Made by a program: the position numbers and the translations under genes. The notes beneath the pieces are model-generated. The model ran no database searches. It saw only the letters and a program-made list of their open reading frames with translations, and was not told the DNA's origin. Positions 34,469-43,329 of a stretch of DNA of 44,893 nt are shown here, in pieces. This stretch comes from Pirellulales bacterium (GTDB taxonomy: Bacteria > Planctomycetota > Planctomycetia > Pirellulales > UBA1268): the NCBI GenBank assembly GCA_040397585.1, contig JBBAVS010000001.1, forward strand, positions 28,156 through 73,048. The letters run 5' to 3'. Each line of letters starts with the position of its first letter. Position 1 is the stretch's first letter.

Positions 34469-37435
34469 TCACGGCTCCGCGACGACGTAGACCAGGCGTC
34501 CCTGCGTGTCCCCGGCCTCGAAGACGAGGGTCTCCCCTTCGCGGCGCGACGCGACCGCGGTGCCGCGGCTGCCGGGCTTGGGCCCTTCCGTCCACAGCGC
34601 CGCCCTTGGCGGCAGCCCCGCGGCGGGCACGCGGACCGTGCCCGCGCCCTGCGCCAGGATCAGGAACAGCGCGCCTCCCTCGACCCTGCGATCCCCAGGC
34701 ACCGGCCCGAAGGCGAGTTGCGCGAGGGGCTCTTCGGCCAGGCGGGTCTCGACGCCGTCGATCGTGATGCCGGCGGTGTTGCGCCCCGCGAAAGACTCGA
34801 GCCTTCCGTCGGCGGCAGTGCGGAAGCTGACGGTGCCGTCGCCGGCATAGGTCACGCGACGGCCATTCACGCGGAAGTCGGCGAGTTCGAGCCGCTCGCT
34901 CGGCGGAGGCACGCGGGCGAGATAGGCCTGGTCTTCCGCGTCGTTGCGGGCAAACCCGCCGGGCCAGTCTTCGAGCACGTGGCGCAGGTGCGGCGCGATC
35001 GAGATCGCGCCGTTGGGAAAGCGGCAGGCCAGGTGGGGCCCGGTGCGGGAGAGATGTTCCGTCTGGTCGTTGTGGTCCGGGAAGGCGTTGGTGGGCGCGT
35101 AGGCCCCGAGGGACCGCAACACGTGGAACCACGTGGCGACATCCTGCCCCAGGCTCGCCGACTGATCATCGCGCGGCCGCATGCCCAGGGCGAGCGTCTG
35201 GCCGCCACCGGGGTGCGTGCGGTGCACGCCCACCACGTCGTTCAAGAGCCGCGCTGCCACGGCGCTCTCCGCCCGCGGCACGAGCGGGTGCGCGCGGTCC
35301 ACGAGGAAATGCGTGAGCACGGCCTGCGGCGGGACGTTTCCAAGCACGCCCTCGAAGGCAACCGTTTTTCCGGGCACGACCAGGCCACCATCGATCCGGG
35401 GGTTGAAGTCGGCCCCCATGAGATCCTGCCACGGGCCTCGGGCATCGCCCCCCTCCCAGGTGCGCACGGGCGGCGGCCCCGACCACACCACCCTCCCGCC
35501 CTGGGCGACGAGTTCCCGCATCATCGCCAGGAGCCGTTCGCTGGGAAACGGCTCGAAGAGCGCAGCCAGCGTGGTGAACTTCCGCCCGGCGAGGTGGATC
35601 GCCCCGTCGCGCACTTCGCCGAGTGCCGCGAGCTTCTCCTGCGTGATCAGGTTGGCGTAGCCGTATTGCGTCATCCAACTGCCAAACCGCTCCTCGCTGG
35701 CGACGAGGTTCAGCGGGTAGAGCATCAGCACGTCGACGTCGCGGTGCTGCATGTTCTGCACGAGGCCATGCACGGTGGAGCTACCCACGCCGTAGGCGTC
35801 GGCCACTGCCTGGCGTCGGCGGTGGAGTTCCCCGGGCATGCCCCAGTGCGCGGCGTAGGCGTAGGGCAGTTCGTTGATGATCCCGAGGCTGCAGGCGAGC
35901 GCAAGGCCGTAGTAGTTGCGATCGAGCCAGCCTCCCTCGGCGTGGTCGTTGCCGTTGCCCGTGAGGTAGTCGCCCCATTTGAAATAGTCGGAGCAGGCGG
36001 AGGCGGCCTGCTGCACCGTGTTCGACCAGACGAAGTTCGACGTGTATTCGTAGTGGTGCCGCTGGGGGGGCTCGCCAAGCGTGTCCCAGCGGTCGATGGT
36101 GGGGCTCTGCGCCCAGGTGGCATGGGCCCGGGCCTCGAGCCGGTGCCCGACGCGGGCCTCCGCGTGGTGCTTCGCTTGCGTGAACAGATCGACCACGGTG
36201 TCTTGCAGCAGCCGGTAGTAGCGGGCGCGGAAGAGCGCGGTGTCGGCCACGGCCTCCGGCGTTTCCCCCCACACGTGTCCCGCGCCGGCCGTCGCCCCCA
36301 GATCGCCGACGAAGTCTTCCTGGCCGTAGGTGAAATAGACGAGCCACTTCGCGAAGTCGCGATACTGCTCGCCGTAGAGCTCCGCGAAGCGTGCGCCAAG
36401 CGTGGGCGTCACGTAGCGCACCGCGAACTCGCCGTGGTCGTGGTGGGAGAAGTAGTGCCAGTCCTGCTGGATGTGCATCTCGTCGCTGTAGAGCCCGTGC
36501 AGTTTCACGCCGGCGTCGACGTAGCGGTCGACGAGGCCCGTCAGGAAGGGCAGCGCTTGCGGGCTGAAATAGTCGAGCTCCGGCGTGCGGTATTGCTGCA
36601 CCACCAGCACGCGGTTGAACCCCGCAAGGTCGGCCCGGCCGCGGCCGTGCACCCGCACCCGCACGGCCTCGAACGTGCCGGCTTTGTGGACGAGCCCTTC
36701 GAACACCTCGGCCTGCGCCGTCTCGGTGATCTCGACGATCTCATTTGGATCGACGACCTTGTGCGGGGTGCCACGCAACTTGCGCTCGCGGAAGGCAAAG
36801 ACGCGGATCCCGGCATCCTCGAGCGCGACCGGCCCCTTGTTATTGGTCCACCGGCGCTGCCGCCACAGGGCCACGCTGTAGGCGCCGCTCGTCGTGTCAC
36901 GCAGGCCCTTGCGGTAGTGCATCCACTGCCCAGACTCGCCCGTGGCCGTGCGAAAGCCGGGGCCGATCTCCAGGGGGCTCAAGAGGCTCAATTCAAGGCC
37001 GATCCCATACTCCGCGGCGAAGCGGCTGATCGTGCCGATGCGCTCGATGGCGGCCTCGGTGTCGGGCAGGTAGGCCCGGGGCGCGGCCTCGGTCGGCTGG
37101 CGATATTGGCTGAAGAAGTGGTCGTGGGCGAGGATCACGGTGCGGAATCCCGCGGCCCGCGCCCGCTCGCAGAGTTGCCGAAGAGACTCCACGCAGGGCT
37201 CGCCCGTCAGGCTGAGATTCACCGGCTTGTCCGGATCGGTGAGATCGTCGAGCTGCTGGTCGTTGACGAGCACGAGGTTGGGCTTGCCCAGCTGGAACGC
37301 CCACGGGCCGGGGTAGGCGATGAGTTCGCCGGCGTAGCGGAGCTCGGGCACCGGCGCGGCCTGCGCGACGATCGCGGTGGCAGCGAGCACGAGCGCCATC
37401 AGCGCGCGAAACACTGCGGATGAGGGACACGGCAT
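34469..37435 (-). CDS. Large secreted hypothetical protein, glycoside-hydrolase-like
   Basis: 988-aa ORF with signal peptide (...LVLAATAIVAQA) and an upstream GGAG. LYSDEMH and a C-terminal trimerisation-like segment (DVDVLMLYP...GGRVVWSG) suggest a GH, but the family is unassigned. Confidence 0.6.
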   Translation of the reverse strand: MPCPSSAVFRALMALVLAATAIVAQAAPVPELRYAGELIAYPGPWAFQLGKPNLVLVNDQQLDDLTDPDKPVNLSLTGEPCVESLRQLCERARAAGFRTVILAHDHFFSQYRQPTEAAPRAYLPDTEAAIERIGTISRFAAEYGIGLELSLLSPLEIGPGFRTATGESGQWMHYRKGLRDTTSGAYSVALWRQRRWTNNKGPVALEDAGIRVFAFRERKLRGTPHKVVDPNEIVEITETAQAEVFEGLVHKAGTFEAVRVRVHGRGRADLAGFNRVLVVQQYRTPELDYFSPQALPFLTGLVDRYVDAGVKLHGLYSDEMHIQQDWHYFSHHDHGEFAVRYVTPTLGARFAELYGEQYRDFAKWLVYFTYGQEDFVGDLGATAGAGHVWGETPEAVADTALFRARYYRLLQDTVVDLFTQAKHHAEARVGHRLEARAHATWAQSPTIDRWDTLGEPPQRHHYEYTSNFVWSNTVQQAASACSDYFKWGDYLTGNGNDHAEGGWLDRNYYGLALACSLGIINELPYAYAAHWGMPGELHRRRQAVADAYGVGSSTVHGLVQNMQHRDVDVLMLYPLNLVASEERFGSWMTQYGYANLITQEKLAALGEVRDGAIHLAGRKFTTLAALFEPFPSERLLAMMRELVAQGGRVVWSGPPPVRTWEGGDARGPWQDLMGADFNPRIDGGLVVPGKTVAFEGVLGNVPPQAVLTHFLVDRAHPLVPRAESAVAARLLNDVVGVHRTHPGGGQTLALGMRPRDDQSASLGQDVATWFHVLRSLGAYAPTNAFPDHNDQTEHLSRTGPHLACRFPNGAISIAPHLRHVLEDWPGGFARNDAEDQAYLARVPPPSERLELADFRVNGRRVTYAGDGTVSFRTAADGRLESFAGRNTAGITIDGVETRLAEEPLAQLAFGPVPGDRRVEGGALFLILAQGAGTVRVPAAGLPPRAALWTEGPKPGSRGTAVASRREGETLVFEAGDTQGRLVYVVAEP

Positions 37436-37529
37436 CGCGGAGGCTCCGGTGGCTGGCAGCGTGGATGGATCGCGGGGCGGGAACACTGCTGCGATGCTAT
37501 CTTGCCACGATGGAAAAAGGGGAGGCAGC

Positions 37530-39548
37530 TCATTGATCCACATGAGCTGCCTCCGCTTTTTGGTCGATCCGCACGGCTCCGCCGCGCTCGGCCGTGACGT
37601 CGATCACGAGGTCGTGCACGTGAACTCCCGTGATCGTGAGCGAGGGCCAGGCCTCGGGCAGCCGGGGGTTGACCTCGAAGCCCTCGGGCGTGGGCCGGAA
37701 CCCCAGAAACCCGTAGAGCATCACCTGCGGCACGAGCACGCTCTCTAAAAACTCCTGATCGAGACCGAGGCCGCCGGGCGGGCCCCCTCCCTGCAGCGTG
37801 CCGCGGCCAGGCTTCGCGTAGTAGGGGCGGTAACCGCCCTCGGCCTGCACGTCGCGATACCAGGTGAGGATCTCCTGGAGCCGCCGCCAGGCGTCGTCGG
37901 GACCGTTCACGTCGAGCCGCGCCATGATGTCGTAGTAACTGAAGCCAAGCACTGCGCCACCGTCCTGCACCTGGCCACCCCAGGGGATCGATTCCGGCCG
38001 GCTCCAAGCCCACACATAGGTCTCGACGTTGCGCCGCGTCGTGGCCCGAGGGCCGAACCGCCAGTGGTAGATGTCGGCGCCGCGCGAGGTGTCGCCCTCG
38101 ACCTCCCGCTTGCCGTCGAGCCAGTCGAGGATGCCTCGGGCCTGCTCAGGCGAGGCCAGGCCGGCGTCGATCGCCTCGAGGTTCAGAATCGTGAAGCCGT
38201 AGTCGTAGGCTTGGTCCTCGCTGTCGATCCAACCGACGAAGCGGCCCGTCGCCGGGCTCCAAAATCGCCGCTGGAACTCCGCGCGGACAGCATCGGCGAG
38301 CGCCGTCAGCTCGTCGGCCGCAAACGGGCCGCCGTCGGCGGGGATGCCCCAGGCCGGATGGGCGGCGATGGCACGCTCGAGGTCGGCCATCCGCAGCAGG
38401 GCGGTGTGCAGAAAGACCGTGGCGTAGGCATCGTGGCCACCGAACGGGAGGAGATCCCAGTAGTTGTTGCCGACGCCGAGGCCGAGGCGCGGCTTTGCGC
38501 CTCCCTCGGGCAGCAGCTCGAGCCCGCTGCGGCCGTCATGGCCGACCCACCGCACCCACACGTGTTTCTGCTCGCGGACCGCGAACTCGTTCAGCGTGAA
38601 ATGGAGTGCCCTGCGCATGCGGCCGATGGTCTGGCGGAGGAAGGGGAGGTCGGCCGTCCAGTTGAAGCAATCGCTGCAGGCCCGGATGAAGAGCGAACCG
38701 GTGATCGGATGCCGCGTGTCGATCGCCGTGATCAGCGACTTGAGGTCGATTTCGGCACCGGCGGCGTGGTCGATCACGATCCGATAGCGGGTGAGGATCC
38801 CGGCGTATGCAGGCTGGCGGTAGAGTGGCACGTTGGCGTAGCGCACGCCGTCTTCGGATGCGAGCCGGGGAAACTCGACCCGCCGCTCGGGCACCCACGC
38901 AGCCTCGCCTTCCAAGAGCCACGACACGGCCGGACGCGACTCCGCCGGCAGACCACGGGCGGCCCATTCGATCCTCGCGAAGGGAGCGACGATCGTGCCG
39001 CAGCGGAAGGGGGGCGTGGTGATCGTGACGACGTCGCCCGTGGCCTCGAGCATGAGGCCGCGGATGGGATCGATCCCCGCCACCGTCGCCCCGTCGATCT
39101 CCCAGCCGTCGGTGGAGGCGAGGGGCTCGAGGTTGAACATCTGTATCGCGAACACTTCGTCGTGCTTCGAAAAATGGAAGCCCGTGCCGCCGGACTGCTG
39201 CCAGGCGGGAAACGGCCAGCCGTCACTGTGGCCGAGGCCGCGATGCTGCTGCATCGCCACGTAGCCTTCGGCATCGATCGGGCGGGCGAGCAGCGCGGCG
39301 GCATACCGCTGGCGCGGCCCCGGCCCGGTCCACAGGGTCGAATGCGGCAGCATGCCGTCCCAGAGCGTGCAGTTGCTGAAAGCCGGCGGCGCGTGGAGGG
39401 CGTGCAACTCCTCGAGCGACTTCATCGCCTGCTCGTGGCCCGGCACGATGAACCGCGGCAGGTCGTCGGCGGTCGCGACGCCCGCGGCCAGCATCAGGCA
39501 GGCGGCGAGGCACATCGCCTGCCGTTGGGGGAACATGGTGCGCGTCAT
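37530..39548 (-). CDS. Secreted (alpha/alpha)6-barrel glycoside-hydrolase-like protein
   Basis: Signal peptide, NYWD, helical segment AVRAEFQRRFWS...GRF, and C-terminal GFLGFRP..GFEVNPRLPEAWPSL (GH65-like C-terminus). Confidence 0.65.
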   Translation of the reverse strand: MTRTMFPQRQAMCLAACLMLAAGVATADDLPRFIVPGHEQAMKSLEELHALHAPPAFSNCTLWDGMLPHSTLWTGPGPRQRYAAALLARPIDAEGYVAMQQHRGLGHSDGWPFPAWQQSGGTGFHFSKHDEVFAIQMFNLEPLASTDGWEIDGATVAGIDPIRGLMLEATGDVVTITTPPFRCGTIVAPFARIEWAARGLPAESRPAVSWLLEGEAAWVPERRVEFPRLASEDGVRYANVPLYRQPAYAGILTRYRIVIDHAAGAEIDLKSLITAIDTRHPITGSLFIRACSDCFNWTADLPFLRQTIGRMRRALHFTLNEFAVREQKHVWVRWVGHDGRSGLELLPEGGAKPRLGLGVGNNYWDLLPFGGHDAYATVFLHTALLRMADLERAIAAHPAWGIPADGGPFAADELTALADAVRAEFQRRFWSPATGRFVGWIDSEDQAYDYGFTILNLEAIDAGLASPEQARGILDWLDGKREVEGDTSRGADIYHWRFGPRATTRRNVETYVWAWSRPESIPWGGQVQDGGAVLGFSYYDIMARLDVNGPDDAWRRLQEILTWYRDVQAEGGYRPYYAKPGRGTLQGGGPPGGLGLDQEFLESVLVPQVMLYGFLGFRPTPEGFEVNPRLPEAWPSLTITGVHVHDLVIDVTAERGGAVRIDQKAEAAHVDQ

Positions 39549-39609
39549 GGTGGGAATGTAGCCGTTTCGGGCACGAGCACGATGGCGCGAGACCTATGTC
39601 AGATGCGCT

Positions 39610-40494
39610 TTAGGCGACGACGCCGGGCCAGCCCGGCTGCCAGGTGTCTTCCATGCGGGGGAACTGTTTCCGCAGGGCGATGTAGTCCTCGACCATGCCC
39701 CGGATCCCGGGCTGCAGGCGGGCCTGATAGGCCGGGTCGGAAATCGGCTCCAGGGGCAGGAGGTAGAAGTGCCAGGTCGGCTTGCGGGAGGCGCTGTGAT
39801 ACCCCATGTGCAGGGTGCGCCGCGGCGTCTGCATACCGGCGTTGTAGCCGCGATGGATCAGGTTGTTGTTGTAGAGCAGCGCGTGGCCGGCGGGAATCTT
39901 CACGGGCACGCCGCCGGGCATCACCGCGTCGGTCGGCGCGTAGTGCTTCGATCCGCCGAACGCCGCATCCTCATCCGGCGTGTTCGGCCGCCGGTGGCTG
40001 CCGGGCACCACCCACAGGCTCTGCTCCTCGTAGAGCGGCAGATTGATCTGCACGCTGTTGTGCGGCCAGTCCGGCGAAAACAGCTCGTCACGGATCTCGG
40101 CCTGCGGAATCTGGATCACGTCGCGGTGCCAGCCGAGGCTGTAGCAGACCCCGGGGTTGGTCGCGAAGATCGACGCGTTGTTGATGATCGGATGAGGCCC
40201 GAGCAGTTCCTCCACGATCTCGAGCATCGCGGGGATGTGGTAGGCGTGGAGGATCGACGTCGCCCGGGGGGTGCCGAGCATGTGGATGTAGTATTGCTTC
40301 GCGCGGGTGCCGAACGACTCGAGCGGGTCGCCGAGATGCTGCATCGACGAGCATGCGACCTCGTTCGACGAGCTTCCCTTGGCCGGGTCGAGCAGTGCCG
40401 CCATCAGCCGGCGGAAGTCCTCGACCTCGGCGTCGGTGAGCACCCGCTCGAGCACGAATCCGTCGCGGGCGAACTGCTGCTGCCTGGGGGTCAT
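39610..40494 (-). CDS. Phytanoyl-CoA dioxygenase (PhyH) family Fe(II)/2-oxoglutarate dioxygenase
   Basis: QFARDGF, WHRD, LWVVPGSH, IHRG (HxD...H triad). ATGA overlap with the upstream gene. Confidence 0.88.
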   Translation of the reverse strand: MTPRQQQFARDGFVLERVLTDAEVEDFRRLMAALLDPAKGSSSNEVACSSMQHLGDPLESFGTRAKQYYIHMLGTPRATSILHAYHIPAMLEIVEELLGPHPIINNASIFATNPGVCYSLGWHRDVIQIPQAEIRDELFSPDWPHNSVQINLPLYEEQSLWVVPGSHRRPNTPDEDAAFGGSKHYAPTDAVMPGGVPVKIPAGHALLYNNNLIHRGYNAGMQTPRRTLHMGYHSASRKPTWHFYLLPLEPISDPAYQARLQPGIRGMVEDYIALRKQFPRMEDTWQPGWPGVVA

Positions 40495-41690
40495 GATGAG
40501 CCTCCTTCGGGGGTAGGGATGGGCGGAACCGTGATTCGCCGGCCGGTGGCCGCTGACTCGAGGCCGGCCTCGAGGACGGCGATCACCTCCAGCCCGTCGG
40601 CGAAGTCGGGATGGACGGTGCCGCCGGTGTGGATGGCCGTGACGAAGTCGGCGACGGCGTGCACGAACGTGTGCTCGTAGCCGAGGATGTGGCCCGGCGG
40701 CCACCAGCGACCGACGTAGGGATGGCAGGCTTCCGTGACGAGGATGGTGCGGAAGCCCCGGGCATGCTCGGGGTCGTGTCGCGAGTAGAATTCCAGCTCG
40801 TTCATTCGCTCCAGGTCGAAGGCGAGGCTGCCCTCGCTGCCGTAGATCTCGAAGCGGTTGCGATTCTTGCGACCGGCCGCGAAGCGGGTGGCCTCGAAGG
40901 AGCCGATCGCACCGTTGGCGAACTGCACGTGCATCAAGGAGGCGTCCTCCACCGTCACCGCCCCGCGGGCCGTGGGATCCGCTCCGCTGCCCGCGGAGAA
41001 GGTGGCGGCCCCGGCACCCGGCAGCGGCCGCTCACCGACGAAGCTGGCCGTCAGGCACGACACGGTCTCGATCCTGCCCACGAGGAAATGGGCCAGGTCG
41101 ACGCTGTGCGAGTTGAGGTCGCCGTGCGGGCCCGAGCCGGCGTGCTCCTTCTGCAGGTGCCAGGTGAGGGGGAAATCGGGATCGATGATCCAGTCCTGCT
41201 GATACGTCGCCCGCCAGTGGAAGATGCGGCCGATCTCTCCGTCGTCGATCAGCTTCTTTGCCAACTGGATCGCCGGCACGCGCCGGTAGTTGTGGTTCAC
41301 GTAATGGCGGACGCCCGCCTCGCGGACGGCCTTCAGCATCGCCTCCGCGTCGGCCCGGGTGATCGCCAGCGGCTTCTCGCAGAAGACGTGCTTGCCCGCC
41401 CGCGCCGCGGCGATGGCGACGGTGGCGTGCATCGCCTGCGGTACGGAGACGTCGATCACGTCGATGTCGTCGCGGGCCACCAGGGCCCGCCAGTCGGTCT
41501 CCACGCTCTGCCAGCCCCAGCGGCCGGCAAAATCCTCTGCCGCTGCCCGGTTGCGGCCGCAGGCCGCCCGCAGCTCGATCGGCCGCGGCAGGTCGAAGAA
41601 CCGCTGGGCCTGCAGCCAGGCGTTGGAGTGGGCCCTGCCCATGAAGCTGGTGCCGGCGATGCCGACCCGCAGCGGCGCGACGTCAGCCAT
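40491..41690 (-). CDS. Gfo/Idh/MocA-family NAD-dependent oxidoreductase
   Basis: GTSFMGRAH, GKHVFCEKP, NYRRVPA, GDLNSHSVD. Confidence 0.92.
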   Translation of the reverse strand: MADVAPLRVGIAGTSFMGRAHSNAWLQAQRFFDLPRPIELRAACGRNRAAAEDFAGRWGWQSVETDWRALVARDDIDVIDVSVPQAMHATVAIAAARAGKHVFCEKPLAITRADAEAMLKAVREAGVRHYVNHNYRRVPAIQLAKKLIDDGEIGRIFHWRATYQQDWIIDPDFPLTWHLQKEHAGSGPHGDLNSHSVDLAHFLVGRIETVSCLTASFVGERPLPGAGAATFSAGSGADPTARGAVTVEDASLMHVQFANGAIGSFEATRFAAGRKNRNRFEIYGSEGSLAFDLERMNELEFYSRHDPEHARGFRTILVTEACHPYVGRWWPPGHILGYEHTFVHAVADFVTAIHTGGTVHPDFADGLEVIAVLEAGLESAATGRRITVPPIPTPEGGSS

Positions 41691-42552
41691 GAGATGCCTC
41701 CGCGGCCGCGAGCCGCTTGAGATAGGCGACGCTGCGCTCGACCATCTCGTCTTCCCGGCCGAGCCATCGCGCGGCTGGCATGTCTACCTCGAAGGCCAGC
41801 AACCCTCGATAGCCCGCGCGAGCCAGGATCGCCACGATCGTGTCGATCTCGACGAGTCCCTCGCCGGCAGCCACGCAGGCGAAGTAGTTCCAGGCGCGGA
41901 CGCTCCGTCCCTTCACCGGCTCGATGTCCTTGACATGGGTGGCGAGCACGTACGGGGCGAGCTTCTCCGTCGCCTCGACCGGGTCGTCCTGGACGCGAAG
42001 GAAGTTGGCCGTGTCGAGATTGACCCCGAAGAATGGGGAATCGATCTCCTCGATCAGCCGCAGGATCTCGTCGGCGTCGTAGTCGATGTGGTTCTCGATG
42101 GCGAGGGAGACGCCCTCGCCGGCAGCCACCCGCACCGCCTCCCTGAACCAGTCGCCGAGAATGCGGAGCTGCGGCTCGTGCGGATCGCGAACGAAGCTGA
42201 AGCTGCTGCCGACCACCCGCATCACGGTCGCGCCGATGGCCTTGGCATGGTGGATGTGGCGCAGCATGTCGTCCTTGGCCTGCGGATTCCGGCCTGCCTC
42301 GAGGCCGTCGGGGTGGCCCCAGGCATACACGCGATCGAACGAGTAGGCGTCGAGCCGCGCCCGCACGTCGGCGAGATAGCCGGGATCGAAACTGGAAAAA
42401 AAGCACGATTCGAGCGAGATCCCCTCGCAGCCCATCTCGTGGGCCCGGTCGATCACCCGATCCATCGTGAAGGGAGCGGCCGGCGGCTGCTGCTCCGGGT
42501 AGACGTCGCCGAGAAAGCGGTGGTAGCAGTAGCTGTCGATGCCGACTTTCAT
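41683..42552 (-). CDS. Sugar phosphate isomerase/epimerase (xylose-isomerase-like TIM barrel)
   Basis: AIENH, NLDTAN, THVKD, GEG, LAFE metal-binding motifs. Confidence 0.88.
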   Translation of the reverse strand: MKVGIDSYCYHRFLGDVYPEQQPPAAPFTMDRVIDRAHEMGCEGISLESCFFSSFDPGYLADVRARLDAYSFDRVYAWGHPDGLEAGRNPQAKDDMLRHIHHAKAIGATVMRVVGSSFSFVRDPHEPQLRILGDWFREAVRVAAGEGVSLAIENHIDYDADEILRLIEEIDSPFFGVNLDTANFLRVQDDPVEATEKLAPYVLATHVKDIEPVKGRSVRAWNYFACVAAGEGLVEIDTIVAILARAGYRGLLAFEVDMPAARWLGREDEMVERSVAYLKRLAAAEASHG

Positions 42553-42752
42553 GGCCCAAAGTCCCGGGGAAACGATGGCTTCCGGTGTTCAGGGTAGTCG
42601 TCGGGGATTGCCGAGGCTTGTGCGAGGGCGGCAGCGAACGTGATGGAAGCGTCACCACCGACGAGGGCTGCAGGGCGAGGAACCCCTCGATCAACCGGGC
42701 TCCCAGCATCCTGCCCTCCACTCGCTCGATGCTGACTTCGCTGCCTCTTCTC

Positions 42753-42775
42753 GTGGCACAGGTTTTCAACCTGTG
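42753..42775 (+). repeat. Single REP unit, variant copy C
   Basis: GTGGCACAGGTTTTCAACCTGTG. Same core as copies A and B, with compensatory changes in the stem. Confidence 0.75.
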
Positions 42776-42781
42776 TGCCCC

Positions 42782-42928
42782 GCCGCTCGGGGCTGCCCGT
42801 GCCCCGTCGCCGGACGCTCGCTGCGCCCATCCTGGGCTTCGCTCGCTCGGTGATTCCTCTGCTTCGCCATCACGGCTTCGCAGAGGAATCAAACGCCGGC
42901 TCCCGGGGCACGGGCAGCCCCGAGCGGC
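42782..42928. repeat. Branched palindromic element with perfect 25-bp terminal inverted repeats
   Basis: GCCGCTCGGGGCTGCCCGTGCCCCG (42782-42806) pairs with 42904-42928. Internal 12-bp stem TGATTCCTCTGC/GCAGAGGAATCA (42851-42891). Confidence 0.8.
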
Positions 42929-43329
42929 ATCCCCTCTTGTCTGTGATTCCGGGCAGAGGGAGCAGCCGGCCGGCTGCGGTGGCCCTCCAACGCGCGAAGA
43001 TCAAGTGTGACCCGTATGACACATTGACTTGTCAGCTGCCTCGCGGCGACGTGTGACCAATGGTGGAATTCGGTGCAGCCCGATCTCGTGAACGAGGATG
43101 TCGATGGACCCTCCGGGAATCCGTTCAAGGTCGCCTCTGTCGTGCAGCTCGCACCGCCGCCGACGCGCGCCGATGTCGCGTATGGCTCGTTCCCGAAACC
43201 GATCCGGCGAGCACCGACCCCGTCGCCCGGGATTCGCCGCATGCCCGCGCCTCGGCCGACCACCCGCCGATCTATACTTCTCGACATGCTCTTGAAACCC
43301 TGACTCGTGAGGCCCTGAACCGACAGGCG

